64,000 bases of DNA from an uncultured delta proteobacterium (lineage in GTDB: Bacteria; Desulfobacterota; Binatia; UBA9968): assembly GCA_963816145.1 (NCBI GenBank), contig CAWFJP010000011.1:1-64000 (forward strand). The letters run 5' to 3'. The notes below the pieces were generated by a model. That model ran no database searches. It saw only the letters and a program-made list of their open reading frames with translations, and had not been told where the DNA came from. This document shows, in pieces, positions 20,329 through 29,988 of the stretch; position 1 is the first letter of the stretch, and each line of letters begins with the position of its first letter. Position numbers and translations under genes: made by a program.

Positions 20329-21264
20329 TTACAGGGATTTTACCGCTTCGTGGAGCAGGCCGTAGCGCACGCCTTGATCGCTGACGACCACTTGTCGGGC
20401 GCCGAACAATTCCATGATTTTTTCGATCAGATAAGCGCCGGCAAAGATCACGTCGGCGCGCTTCGGCTCTAGGCCTGTCAGTTGTTTGCGCTCGGCAACG
20501 GGCTTCGCTTGGAGCGTCGCGACTTGGCGTTTCACTTGGGTCCTCGTCACCTGACAACCATGAACTTCGCTGTGGGAGTAGCGCACGAGTTTCTTTTCCA
20601 TGGCGGCAAGCGTCGTGAATGTTCCAGCAATTCCGACCAGCGTGAGGTCCGCTGCCAGAGGAGCAAATACGGCCGCGATGGGCGCCAGCTCTCGGTCGAT
20701 GCCGGCGCCCATCGCGGCGACTTCTTCGGCGCCCACTGGATCAGTGTGCAGGTAGCGTTCGGTCAAGCGCACTGAGCCGACATCGACGCTGACGGCGCGG
20801 ACGACACCATTCAAATTGCCCAAAATAAATTCCGTGCTGCCGCCGCCGATATCAATGACCAAAAGTTCACGGCCGGGTAAAGACAACCCACGCTGGATGG
20901 CGAGAAAGGAATATGCCGCTTCCTCCGCCCCGGAAATGACTCGGATATCGATGCCAAGGGCGGCGCGAATACGAGCCCTGACCTCAGCGCTATTCTTGCC
21001 ATCGCGCAACGCGCTGGTGCCGACGGCGACGATCTCCTCGACGCCAAGATGATCACAACGGTCGCGGTAACGATGGAGAACCTCCATGGCGCGCTGCTCA
21101 CCGGCGGCGCTGATTATCCCGGTCTGATCCACGCCCAGGCCAAGGCCAGCGATCTCCGCCAGATCTTCAAGAACCCGAAACCGTCCGGTGTCGCGAATAT
21201 CAGCGATCAAGCAAAGAATCGCGTTAGTGCCGATGTCGAGAAAAGCGCACCGCCGTGGGCTCAT
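20329..21264 (-). CDS. ppx: Ppx/GppA phosphatase (short form, no HD domain)
   Basis: DIGTN, VGTSALRD, ISGAEEA, DIGGGSTE, RADVI, GVRYG. Confidence 0.9.
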   Translation of the reverse strand: MSPRRCAFLDIGTNAILCLIADIRDTGRFRVLEDLAEIAGLGLGVDQTGIISAAGEQRAMEVLHRYRDRCDHLGVEEIVAVGTSALRDGKNSAEVRARIRAALGIDIRVISGAEEAAYSFLAIQRGLSLPGRELLVIDIGGGSTEFILGNLNGVVRAVSVDVGSVRLTERYLHTDPVGAEEVAAMGAGIDRELAPIAAVFAPLAADLTLVGIAGTFTTLAAMEKKLVRYSHSEVHGCQVTRTQVKRQVATLQAKPVAERKQLTGLEPKRADVIFAGAYLIEKIMELFGARQVVVSDQGVRYGLLHEAVKSL

Positions 21265-22628
21265 GGAATTGCCGCCGTTGCAGCGTGAGTCGGTGCACGG
21301 AACTCCGCCGCTCCTTCAACCACGCCGGTTTGGCTCAACCACTCCGCCAGGTCGGCGAGCGCTCGCTGCGAATGCATTTCTTTCCTCGCTTTGCCGCGCA
21401 GCCGCACTGACAGCGGCGGCAACAATCCGAAATTCACATTCATCGGTTGGAAGCGCTTACGCTCGGGATCGGTGATGTAGCGCAACAGCGCGCCCAATGC
21501 CGTCGTCGGCGGCGGCACCAGCAATGGCAACGCCGAGAGTAATCGCGCCGCGTTGATGCCGGCGAGTATACCGACCGCCGCCGACTCGATATAACCTTCG
21601 ACACCGGTCATCTGGCCGGCGAAAAACAGCGATTCTCGGTGGCGCCACTGCAGCGTCGGCGTCAAATGCTGCGGCGCGTTGATAAAAGTGTTGCGGTGCA
21701 AACTACCGAGTCGGACGAACTCGGCGCCGGCCAGCCCGGGAATCAGGCCGAACACACGGCGCTGATCCGGATAGGTCATCTTTGTTTGAAAGCCGACGAG
21801 ATTATACAGCGTCCGTTCGCGATTCTCCTGGCGCAGTTGCACAACCGCGTGGGGCCGCTTGCCGGTACGCGGATCAATCAAGCCGACGGCGCGCATCGGT
21901 CCGAAGGCGAGCGTATCTTTACCGCGATCGGCCATCTCCTCAATGGGCATGCAGCCCTCGAAGGGGACGAAACGCTCAAAGCTATGGGTCGGCACCCGCT
22001 GCGCCGCCACCAGTGCGTCGATGAAACGGTAGTACTCATCCCGCGTCAGCGGCAGATTGAGATAATCGTCGCCGCCCTTATCGTAACGCGAAGCCCGGTA
22101 GGCGATGTTCATATCGACCGACTCGGCGCTGACAATCGGCGAGATCGCATCGTAAAAATACAAATGCTCCTCGCCCAACTGCGCCGTCAATTCGGCCGAC
22201 AAATCGGCCGAAGTCAACGGTCCGGTAGCGAGAATAACCACACCGTCATCAGGAATGGTTTTGACTTCTCGGCGAATGATTGTTAGCTGCGGCAACGCTT
22301 CCACCGCCGCCGTCAAAGCGCGGGCGAACTGATCGCGATCCACCGCCAAGGCCGAACCCGCCGGCACGCGGTTCGCTTCGGCGACGCGAATCACCAGCGA
22401 GTCGAATCGGCGCATCTCGGCTTTAAGTAGACCAGCCGGCGCCGATAGCGAATCGGAACGCAACGAATTGCTGCACACCAGTTCGCCAAAGTTCGCCGTC
22501 GCGTGGGCCTCGGTCATGCGCTGCGGACGCATTTCGTAAAGCTCCACCGCGACACCCCGGCGCGCCAACTGCCACGCCGCTTCCGAACCGGCCAGTCCGC
22601 CGCCAATGATGCGCACAATTTTTTCCAT
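21261..22628 (-). CDS. trmFO: tRNA m5U54 methyltransferase TrmFO
   Basis: GGGLAGSEAAWQLA, ELVCSNSL, FYDAISP, HRNTFIN, GQMTGVEGYIES. Confidence 0.97.
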   Translation of the reverse strand: MEKIVRIIGGGLAGSEAAWQLARRGVAVELYEMRPQRMTEAHATANFGELVCSNSLRSDSLSAPAGLLKAEMRRFDSLVIRVAEANRVPAGSALAVDRDQFARALTAAVEALPQLTIIRREVKTIPDDGVVILATGPLTSADLSAELTAQLGEEHLYFYDAISPIVSAESVDMNIAYRASRYDKGGDDYLNLPLTRDEYYRFIDALVAAQRVPTHSFERFVPFEGCMPIEEMADRGKDTLAFGPMRAVGLIDPRTGKRPHAVVQLRQENRERTLYNLVGFQTKMTYPDQRRVFGLIPGLAGAEFVRLGSLHRNTFINAPQHLTPTLQWRHRESLFFAGQMTGVEGYIESAAVGILAGINAARLLSALPLLVPPPTTALGALLRYITDPERKRFQPMNVNFGLLPPLSVRLRGKARKEMHSQRALADLAEWLSQTGVVEGAAEFRAPTHAATAAIP

Positions 22629-22817
22629 AAAATCTATGACCGCCGAGAAGAAACGGACGGCATCCTGTTCGGTGCAACGTTCTTACGAACACGAACCCCG
22701 AACACGATCACGACCAGCGGATTCACTAGCGTGGAGCGGAAGTCTTTGCAAGCAAGCCGTGAACTAAGTAACCGGAGCCGTTATCTTCAGTTGCCGCGCT
22801 TGATGGAGAATTCTCTC

Positions 22818-22900
22818 TCACCATGAAGATCACGAAGGACACGAAGCTTTCGGATAATTGCTTTTCAGAACTTCGTGCTCTTCGTGTTTTTCGTGGTGAA
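22818..22900. repeat. 9-bp periodic inverted repeat
   Basis: tcaccatgaagatcacgaaggacacgaag ... cttcgtgctcttcgtgtttttcgtggtgaa. A separate cacgaa-like 6-mer run lies at ~22685-22715. Confidence 0.8.
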
Positions 22901-22931
22901 GCGTCTTCGGTTGCGACCGTGCCGCCCGGCG

Positions 22932-25241
22932 CTATTGCTCCGCCACTTGGATCGAATAGCCGCACTCTTTCTTATAGCAACGGTGTGTGCGGCCGGTGCG
23001 CTTGAGCACCTTCTCGACCAAAATCGGACTATCACAGTCGGGACAGGGAGTCGGCAGCGGCTTGTCCCAGGTGGCGAATTTACATTCGGGATACTTATCG
23101 CAACCGTAAAACATTTTGCCCCAGCGCGATTTGCGCTCTTTGATATTGCCCTCTTTGCACTCCGGGCATTTGATACCGAGATCCACCGGCTTTTGCAGCG
23201 GCTGGATGTTTTTGCATTCCGGATAACCGCTGCAGCCGAGAAACTTGCCGAATTTGCCGAAGCGCAAGAGCATTGGCTTGCCGCACTTCTCGCAGGCTTC
23301 GTCAACTTCTTCCTCGACGGCGATTTCAATATCGCCTCTGTCGTCTCGTTTGAAGTTCTTGGTGTTCTTGCACTCGGGATAACTCGGGCAGGCGATGAAC
23401 TCGCCGTTGCGCCCCCATTTGACCACCATCAGCTTGCCGCATTTTTCGCAGGCGATGTCGGTGGGCACTTCCTGCCGTTTGACATCGCGCATCTCTTTTT
23501 CGGCTTTCTTGAGATCTTTCGCGAACGGCGTGTAGAACCGCTTCATCGCCTTGGTCCACTTTTCCTTGCCGTCCTCGATCTTGTCGAGTTCGTCCTCCAT
23601 GCTGGCGGTGAACTCGACGTTGAGAATATCGGGAAAACTTTCAACCAACAGATCGTTCACCAAAAAGCCCAAATCGGTCGGCACCAGCTGGCGGCTCTCG
23701 TTCTGCGACACATACTCGCGGTCGAGAATATTGGAGATGATCGCCGCATAGGTCGATGGCCGGCCGATGCCCTTTTCGTCGAGTTCCTTGATCAACGAGG
23801 CCTGGGAAAAACGCGGCGGCGGCTGGGTGAAATGCTGGCGCGGATCTAGACCTTGGAGCTCGAGCGCGTCGCCCTTGTGCAGATCCGGCAGCACGCCGTC
23901 GAGATCCTGCGTCTCCTCTTCATCCTCGTCGCTGTTCTGGCTGGCCCGTTCGTCTCGGCCTTCGATATAGACTTTCATGAAGCCGTCGAACTTGATCTGC
24001 TGGCCGGTGGCGCGAAACACCGCTTCCTTCACCGGAATCTCGAAGGCGGTCTGATCGTACACCGCCGGCACCATCTGACTGGCAACGAAACGGTCCCAGA
24101 TCAACGAATAAAGCTGGAACATATCGCGGCGCAGATAACGCCGCACTTTGTCAGGCGTGTATTCGAGCGAAGTCGGGCGGATCGCCTCATGGGCGTCCTG
24201 GGCGCCTTTCTTCGAGCGAAAGCTGTTGGGCTTGCCCGGCACATAGTTCTTGCCGTATTCGCCCTGGATAAAACCGCGCAGCGCGGCGATGGCATCGTCG
24301 GAAATGCGCGTCGAATCGGTGCGCATGTAAGTGATCAATCCCACCGATCCTTCGCTGCCCAGTTCGACGCCCTCATAAAGGTGCTGCGCCAGCTGCATGG
24401 TGCGCTTGGGTTGGAAACCCAACTTGCGCGACGCTTCTTGCTGCAACTTGCTGGTAACGAACGGCGGCGCGGGATAACGGCGCCGCTCTTTCTTCTCGAC
24501 GTCGCCGATGATCCACTTGGCACCTTCAAGCGACTTGACGATCGACTGCACTGTCGCATCGTTTTCGAGACGAAACTTCTTGTTATCGACCTTCTGGTCT
24601 TTCCATTGAACCAGCTTGGCCTTGAACGGCGGCGGCAAGCGCCCTTCCAATGCCGCCGTCAGCGACCAGTACTCCACCGGGTCGAAGGCGCGAATATCCT
24701 TCTCGCGCTCGCAGACCAGCCGCACCGCCACCGATTGCACCCGCCCGGCGCTCAATCCGCGCCGCACTTTGGTCCATAACAGAGGGCTAATTTTATAGCC
24801 GACCAAACGGTCGAGCACGCGGCGCGCCACTTGGGCGTCGAATTTGTTGCGGTCCAATGCCAAAGGATTGGCGATCGCGGCCTGCACCGCTTTCTTGGTG
24901 ATCTCGTTGATCAGCACGCGATGGACATGCTTGTGATTTTTCACCACCTGGCTGGCGATATGCCAAGCGATCGCTTCGCCTTCGCGGTCCGGATCGGAGG
25001 CCAGATAGATGTTCTGCTTGCCCTTGGCGGCTTTCTTCAAATCGTCGATGACTTTTTTCTTGCCTTGAATCACCGTGAAATCGGGAGCGAAGTCTTTCTT
25101 GATATCGACGCCGAGCTTGCTCTTCGGGAGATCGATCAAATGGCCCACCGAGGCTTTGACTTGGAAGTCCCGCCCCAAATACTTTTCCAAGGTTCTGGCC
25201 TTGGCCGGCGATTCGACAATAACTAGATTCTTTGCTGCCAT
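22932..25241 (-). CDS. topA: DNA topoisomerase I with C-terminal Zn ribbons
   Basis: IVESPAKA, DPDREGEAI, SAGRVQS, LITYMRTDS, C4 repeats. Confidence 0.98.
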   Translation of the reverse strand: MAAKNLVIVESPAKARTLEKYLGRDFQVKASVGHLIDLPKSKLGVDIKKDFAPDFTVIQGKKKVIDDLKKAAKGKQNIYLASDPDREGEAIAWHIASQVVKNHKHVHRVLINEITKKAVQAAIANPLALDRNKFDAQVARRVLDRLVGYKISPLLWTKVRRGLSAGRVQSVAVRLVCEREKDIRAFDPVEYWSLTAALEGRLPPPFKAKLVQWKDQKVDNKKFRLENDATVQSIVKSLEGAKWIIGDVEKKERRRYPAPPFVTSKLQQEASRKLGFQPKRTMQLAQHLYEGVELGSEGSVGLITYMRTDSTRISDDAIAALRGFIQGEYGKNYVPGKPNSFRSKKGAQDAHEAIRPTSLEYTPDKVRRYLRRDMFQLYSLIWDRFVASQMVPAVYDQTAFEIPVKEAVFRATGQQIKFDGFMKVYIEGRDERASQNSDEDEEETQDLDGVLPDLHKGDALELQGLDPRQHFTQPPPRFSQASLIKELDEKGIGRPSTYAAIISNILDREYVSQNESRQLVPTDLGFLVNDLLVESFPDILNVEFTASMEDELDKIEDGKEKWTKAMKRFYTPFAKDLKKAEKEMRDVKRQEVPTDIACEKCGKLMVVKWGRNGEFIACPSYPECKNTKNFKRDDRGDIEIAVEEEVDEACEKCGKPMLLRFGKFGKFLGCSGYPECKNIQPLQKPVDLGIKCPECKEGNIKERKSRWGKMFYGCDKYPECKFATWDKPLPTPCPDCDSPILVEKVLKRTGRTHRCYKKECGYSIQVAEQ

Positions 25242-25286
25242 AATAGTTAGCTCACAATGGGAAGTGATGACGCTTGTTGTCTCGCG

Positions 25287-26393
25287 TTATCTTTCAACGG
25301 TATAGACTTTTCCCGGTAATTGCCTCAAATATCCCTGCAACTCCAGGTCCAAAAGAATTCCCAGCACTTCTGCGGGCACAAGTCCGCTGTGTTCAATAAT
25401 CTCGTCGACCTGCAAGGAACGCTCTTGCAGCATGGCAAAAACTTTTTGCACCGCAGCGCTGCTGTTTGGCGGCAGTAGCCGCACCTCATGCTTAACGGCC
25501 GCGCCCGACTGGCGCGCCAGCTGCGGCGCGATCTCTTCTAAAATATCGTCAACGGTCTCAACCAATTTCGCCCCTTGGCGGATCAGCCGGTGCGCGCCGC
25601 GGCTGCGGCTAGAACCCACTTCACCGGGCACGGCGAAGACTTCGCGCCCCTGATCGATGGCCAGCGACGCCGTGATCAGCGAACCGCTTTTTTCCGTCGC
25701 TTCGACCACCACCACGCCCAGCGACAAGCCGCTAATGAGCCGATTGCGCGCGGGAAAATTAAACGCCATCGGCTTGGTCCCCACGGGCAATTCTGAAATC
25801 ACCGCGCCCTGCTCGGCGATACGCTGATATAGCCGATCATGCTCCGGCGGATAGGCACGCTCGACACCGGATCCTAATACCGCGATGGTGCGGCCGCCGG
25901 AATTTAGCGCGGTCTCATGAGCCATGCCGTCGATGCCACGTGCCAGGCCGCTGACCACCGTGAAGCCGTACGCCGCCAAGCCGCGCGCCAGATCGCGCGC
26001 CACGCGCCGGCCATAGTCGCTGGCGCTGCGCGAACCGACAATCGCCATCGCCCGCTCGTCGCTCGCCGCGAAGGATCCCTTGACGTAAAGCAACGGCGGC
26101 GGATCGGCGATGGCGCGCAGCCGCGCCGGATACTCGGCGTCGGTGTAGCGTACCAGTGTAATGCCGGCACTGCGAATGCGCTTGAGCTCGTGCTCGACTT
26201 CGGCCCACTGGGAAAAACCGACGAGTCCTTCAATGGCGTCGCGTTGCAGGCCGTCGATGGCAGCAAGCTCGCTCGGCGCCACCGAAAATGCCGCGGTCGG
26301 ATCGCCAAAGCGAGCCACGAGCTTCTTGAAGCTCACGCAACCCAAGCCTTTGACGCGCGCCAACGCCAGCCATGGCGCATGATCGTCCTGCAT
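25287..26393 (-). CDS. dprA: DNA-protecting protein DprA
   Basis: AIVGSR, SGLARGIDG, FPARNRLISG, SGSLITA; canonical dprA-topA-trmFO order. Confidence 0.95.
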   Translation of the reverse strand: MQDDHAPWLALARVKGLGCVSFKKLVARFGDPTAAFSVAPSELAAIDGLQRDAIEGLVGFSQWAEVEHELKRIRSAGITLVRYTDAEYPARLRAIADPPPLLYVKGSFAASDERAMAIVGSRSASDYGRRVARDLARGLAAYGFTVVSGLARGIDGMAHETALNSGGRTIAVLGSGVERAYPPEHDRLYQRIAEQGAVISELPVGTKPMAFNFPARNRLISGLSLGVVVVEATEKSGSLITASLAIDQGREVFAVPGEVGSSRSRGAHRLIRQGAKLVETVDDILEEIAPQLARQSGAAVKHEVRLLPPNSSAAVQKVFAMLQERSLQVDEIIEHSGLVPAEVLGILLDLELQGYLRQLPGKVYTVER

Positions 26394-26636
26394 CGCCACT
26401 GTCGACCGGATTCCTTCAGCAAATAATAACGAAGGCTGAATCATATTCGTCCGCGCTTTGTCAACCGGCCCGTTGGCATCAACAAAGGACGAATGATAAA
26501 TTAAATGTGCAGCGAACGCTAGGTGACCGGCTAAAATGATCTACCGAACGGGCGAAAGATTGTGTTTTTACAAAACTTTTTCCTGCGAGACGCAGTTTAG
26601 AGTCCTGCCCTAACGGACAAAATAATCCGCGAGAAG

Positions 26637-28070
26637 CTATTTTGCCGAGCGCGATCGCTTGGGCGAGTTACCTCTTCGTGTAACCGTCGACGGCTCACGC
26701 CGGGCGCGAAAGTGCAGCCGAATCGGCGCGTTAATCAAGCCCAGCTGCTGGCGCAGCTGATTGACCAGATATCTTTGATAACTTGCCAGTATGCCGTCCG
26801 GCTTGTTGACGAAGAACGTAAACGTCGGCGGTGCTACACCGGTCTGTGTACCGTAGTAAAATTTCACCGGATGGTTGCGAAAAAGCGGCACGGTGTGGGC
26901 CTGGACGATCGCTTGAAGAGCTTGGTTCAAGGAAGAAGTCGAGACCTTGCGCCGGTACGCTTGCACCACCCGCGCCGCAGTTTCGAGCATCTTACGCACG
27001 CCGAAACCGGTCGCCGCCGAAATAAACGAGATCGGCACATGTTCAAGAAACGACAGGCGATATTTGATTTCGTCGCTATATTTATCGACGTCACCGCCGG
27101 TTTCGCGAACCAAATCCCACTTATTGACCACCAATAAGATTGCCTTGCCGCGCTGCACCGCGTAGCTCAGGATCTGCGCGTCCTGGTCAGTGACGTTCTC
27201 CGGACCGTCGATGATATGCACGATCAAATCGCCGCAATCGACAGCATTGAGCGAGCGACTGACACTGAAACGTTCGATGCGGTCATCGATGCGCGCTTTG
27301 CGCCGAATGCCGGCTGTATCGATGAGCACGCAAGCTTCGCCGCGCAGGATGAACGGCGTATCCACCGCATCCCGAGTCGTCCCTGGGGTGGAGTCGACCA
27401 CCGATCGCTCGAAACCTAACAAACGATTCGTCAAAGTCGACTTGCCGACGTTGGGCCGGCCGACGATGGCGACCCGCAGCGGCGGCTGTGCGTTCGCGGT
27501 ATCGTCTTCTTCAATGTCAATGTTGGGTGCCAGACGCTGCACCACGTCATCCATCAGGTCGGGAATGCCCAGGCCATGTTCAGCGGAGATCGAATAGAGC
27601 TTGTCCAAGCCGAGAGCGTAAAACTCATAGAGATTATTTTCGCGCTGGCGCGAGTCGAGCTTATTGACCGCGAAAAAAACTGGTTTCTCGGTTTGCCGTA
27701 ACCAGCCCACCGCGTCCTCATCCAAGGGATTGAGTCCGCCCTTGCCGTCAAGCAGAAACACGATGACATCGGCCTCGGCCACTGCCAAATGGCTCTGCGC
27801 CTGGACGTTTTCTTCCAACTTGCCGGCGGATTCTGACTCCAGGCCGCCGGTATCGACCAGCAAAAACCTTCTGCCGGCCCAGACGGCCTCGGCGTAATTA
27901 CGATCGCGGGTCACACCGGGCAGATCGTCGACGATGGCGCGCCGTTCGCCGACCAAGCGGTTAAAAAACGTCGACTTGCCGACGTTGGGCCGGCCGACAA
28001 TCGCTACGATCGGCAGATTGCGCGGCAGCTCGCGCGCTGCGGGTTGAAACTTTGGAATTGACCGGATCAT
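26637..28070 (-). CDS. der: Ribosome biogenesis GTPase Der
   Basis: Two GRPNVGKS G-domains and a KH-like C-terminus. Confidence 0.96.
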   Translation of the reverse strand: MIRSIPKFQPAARELPRNLPIVAIVGRPNVGKSTFFNRLVGERRAIVDDLPGVTRDRNYAEAVWAGRRFLLVDTGGLESESAGKLEENVQAQSHLAVAEADVIVFLLDGKGGLNPLDEDAVGWLRQTEKPVFFAVNKLDSRQRENNLYEFYALGLDKLYSISAEHGLGIPDLMDDVVQRLAPNIDIEEDDTANAQPPLRVAIVGRPNVGKSTLTNRLLGFERSVVDSTPGTTRDAVDTPFILRGEACVLIDTAGIRRKARIDDRIERFSVSRSLNAVDCGDLIVHIIDGPENVTDQDAQILSYAVQRGKAILLVVNKWDLVRETGGDVDKYSDEIKYRLSFLEHVPISFISAATGFGVRKMLETAARVVQAYRRKVSTSSLNQALQAIVQAHTVPLFRNHPVKFYYGTQTGVAPPTFTFFVNKPDGILASYQRYLVNQLRQQLGLINAPIRLHFRARREPSTVTRRGNSPKRSRSAK

Positions 28071-28071
28071 G

Positions 28072-28989
28072 TCACAATCCCATCTCGGCCAGAGAATTCG
28101 GATTCTGCGTCCAGTTCGGATCGACGCGAATGAACAATTCGAGAAAAATCCGGCAGCCGAGAATTTTCTCTAACTCCTCGCGCGCCTGCTGGCCGATCTC
28201 CTTTAGCATGGCGCCGCGTTTACCGATCAAAATGCCCTTGTGCGAATCGCGCTCGGTGTGGATGGTCGCGGCAATGACGATGAGATTTTTTTCGGTCTTC
28301 TCGGTGAACTCGTCAATGGTCACCGCCACACCATAGGGGATCTCTTCGCGGGTCAACAAAAACACTTTTTCGCGAACGATCTCGGACGCGAGGAATCGCT
28401 CCGACTGATCGGTGTACTCACCCTCGGTAAAAAATGGCGGAGCTTCCGGCAGCCATTTCTCGACCATCGACAGCACCAACTCGACGCCGTCGCCCTTGAG
28501 CGCGCTTACCGGCACGATCTCTTTGTCGGGCAGCAACTGCGCGCAACGCTCCATCAGCGGCAGAAGTTTTCCCTTCGAAACTAGATCGATTTTATTGATG
28601 AGAATCAGCACCGGCGTCTCGACGCCGCGCAGGGTCTCGGCAATGCGCTCCTCTTCCTGCTTGATCTTGTCATGGGCGTCGAGCAGCCAGATCACGCCGT
28701 CGACCTCGTCCAAAGTCTGCAACGCCGTGTCGACCATGCGCCGGTTCATCAGCGAATGGCCGGAGTGAATCCCCGGCGTGTCGAGAAACACGATCTGTGA
28801 CGACCCGGTGGTGCGGATGCCGGTGATGCGGTTGCGCGTGGTCTGCGGCTTCGGCGACACAATCGCGACCTTCTCACCGAGGATTTGGTTGAGCAAGGTC
28901 GACTTGCCGACATTGGGCCGGCCGATGATCGCAATGTAGCCGCAGTGAAACGGCTGATTTTCCTTGTTCTTGTTATTTTCGTCTGACAT
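28072..28989 (-). CDS. era: GTPase Era
   Basis: GRPNVGKS, PQTTR, DTPG, NKID, EEIPY, ILIGKRG. Confidence 0.97.
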   Translation of the reverse strand: MSDENNKNKENQPFHCGYIAIIGRPNVGKSTLLNQILGEKVAIVSPKPQTTRNRITGIRTTGSSQIVFLDTPGIHSGHSLMNRRMVDTALQTLDEVDGVIWLLDAHDKIKQEEERIAETLRGVETPVLILINKIDLVSKGKLLPLMERCAQLLPDKEIVPVSALKGDGVELVLSMVEKWLPEAPPFFTEGEYTDQSERFLASEIVREKVFLLTREEIPYGVAVTIDEFTEKTEKNLIVIAATIHTERDSHKGILIGKRGAMLKEIGQQAREELEKILGCRIFLELFIRVDPNWTQNPNSLAEMGL

Positions 28990-29016
28990 AACTGTCCAAA
29001 GACTAGCTCGGGCATT

Positions 29017-29645
29017 ATGACACTAACGACCCGCCGTGCAAGGTTGTATCGCAAGCCGCAAAAAATGCCGCTCAGACTGACACCGCAGATGAAACAGCGC
29101 ATGACCCGCCGCACTCTGGAAATGGTGCAGCGCTCGCTCGGCTATTTTCCCGAGTTGAAGGATGCCGCGATCACCATCGGCTACACTCGCAAACATCTGG
29201 GCAGCGCCACGGTCATCTATCGAAAGCACGAGCTCTATCGGCTGACTATTAGACTGCGAGTGCGCAAGGTCACGTACCACACCATCGGCCATGAGTTGAC
29301 CCATTTGGTGCAAGGACTCGGCCTATGGCCATCGCTGGCACCCGCAGCACCGATCCCGACCGCATCCCCACTGGCGAGACCCAATGCGATATCTGGACGC
29401 TCGCTCGCGACCCGCTGTTCTTGGACGACCCGCCGACGTACATCAAAATGCCGCGCATGATGCGCGAACGCTGGCCGGACTACGCCGAATCGGTGCGCGA
29501 ACTCTGCATCGCCGCAATCGACAAACGCCACACCCAGCGCCACTACATCCGTTGGCTTGAACAAGAAATTCGGCAACTGGCGAAAGCACCGAAGCGCGAG
29601 CAATCAACCGGCTCAGCGCAGCTGTTTTTGCCGTTCGTGATTTGA
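29017..29645 (+). CDS. Hypothetical zincin-like (HExxH) protein, frameshifted at ~29320
   Basis: TIGHELTHLVQ in 29017..29460 continues as IPTGETQCDIWTLAR...QLFLPFVI in 29325..29645. Confidence 0.6.
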
Positions 29646-29714
29646 GTGACTCGCGCGGCAGTCTCGTTGGACGGAGATAGAGACGGGGGTGGTTTTGAAA
29701 CCCTCCACGACGCC

Positions 29715-29922
29715 TGAACAACCCTCGGCTTTAAGCCGAGGGGTTCTAAATTTGTCGACTGGAAGTCGACTCTTCGGGGTCGTCATTCCGGCGTAGGCCG
29801 GAATCCAGATTTCGTTTGCCCTTGCAGCGCGCGCGAAGATGGATGCCGGCCTGCGCCGGAATGACAAACCGTCTCTTCGCCTCAAGGCGAGGGGTATCAA
29901 CCATCCCCGAGAGCGACGTTAA
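29715..29922. mobile_element. ~205-bp non-coding composite element, copy 2
   Basis: Same layout as 14745..14940, with an intact left hairpin ccctcggctttaagccgaggg. Confidence 0.75.
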
Positions 29923-29988
29923 AAAATCTTTTTTGCGCCGTTTGCAGTGAATCATCCGCCTCCGGATAATCCCCAAGGTTGGTTTCGC

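Noticed and set aside
22875-24779. Long + strand ORFs opposite topA (similar ones opposite dppF, the VWA gene, the SDR and ligA)
   Set aside because: Antisense shadows expected from high-GC codon bias; no motifs.
27437-28926. Three near-identical copies of gtcgacttgccgac(g/a)ttgggccggccga
   Set aside because: They encode the GRPNVGKS P-loops of Der (two) and Era (one); not a DNA repeat element.
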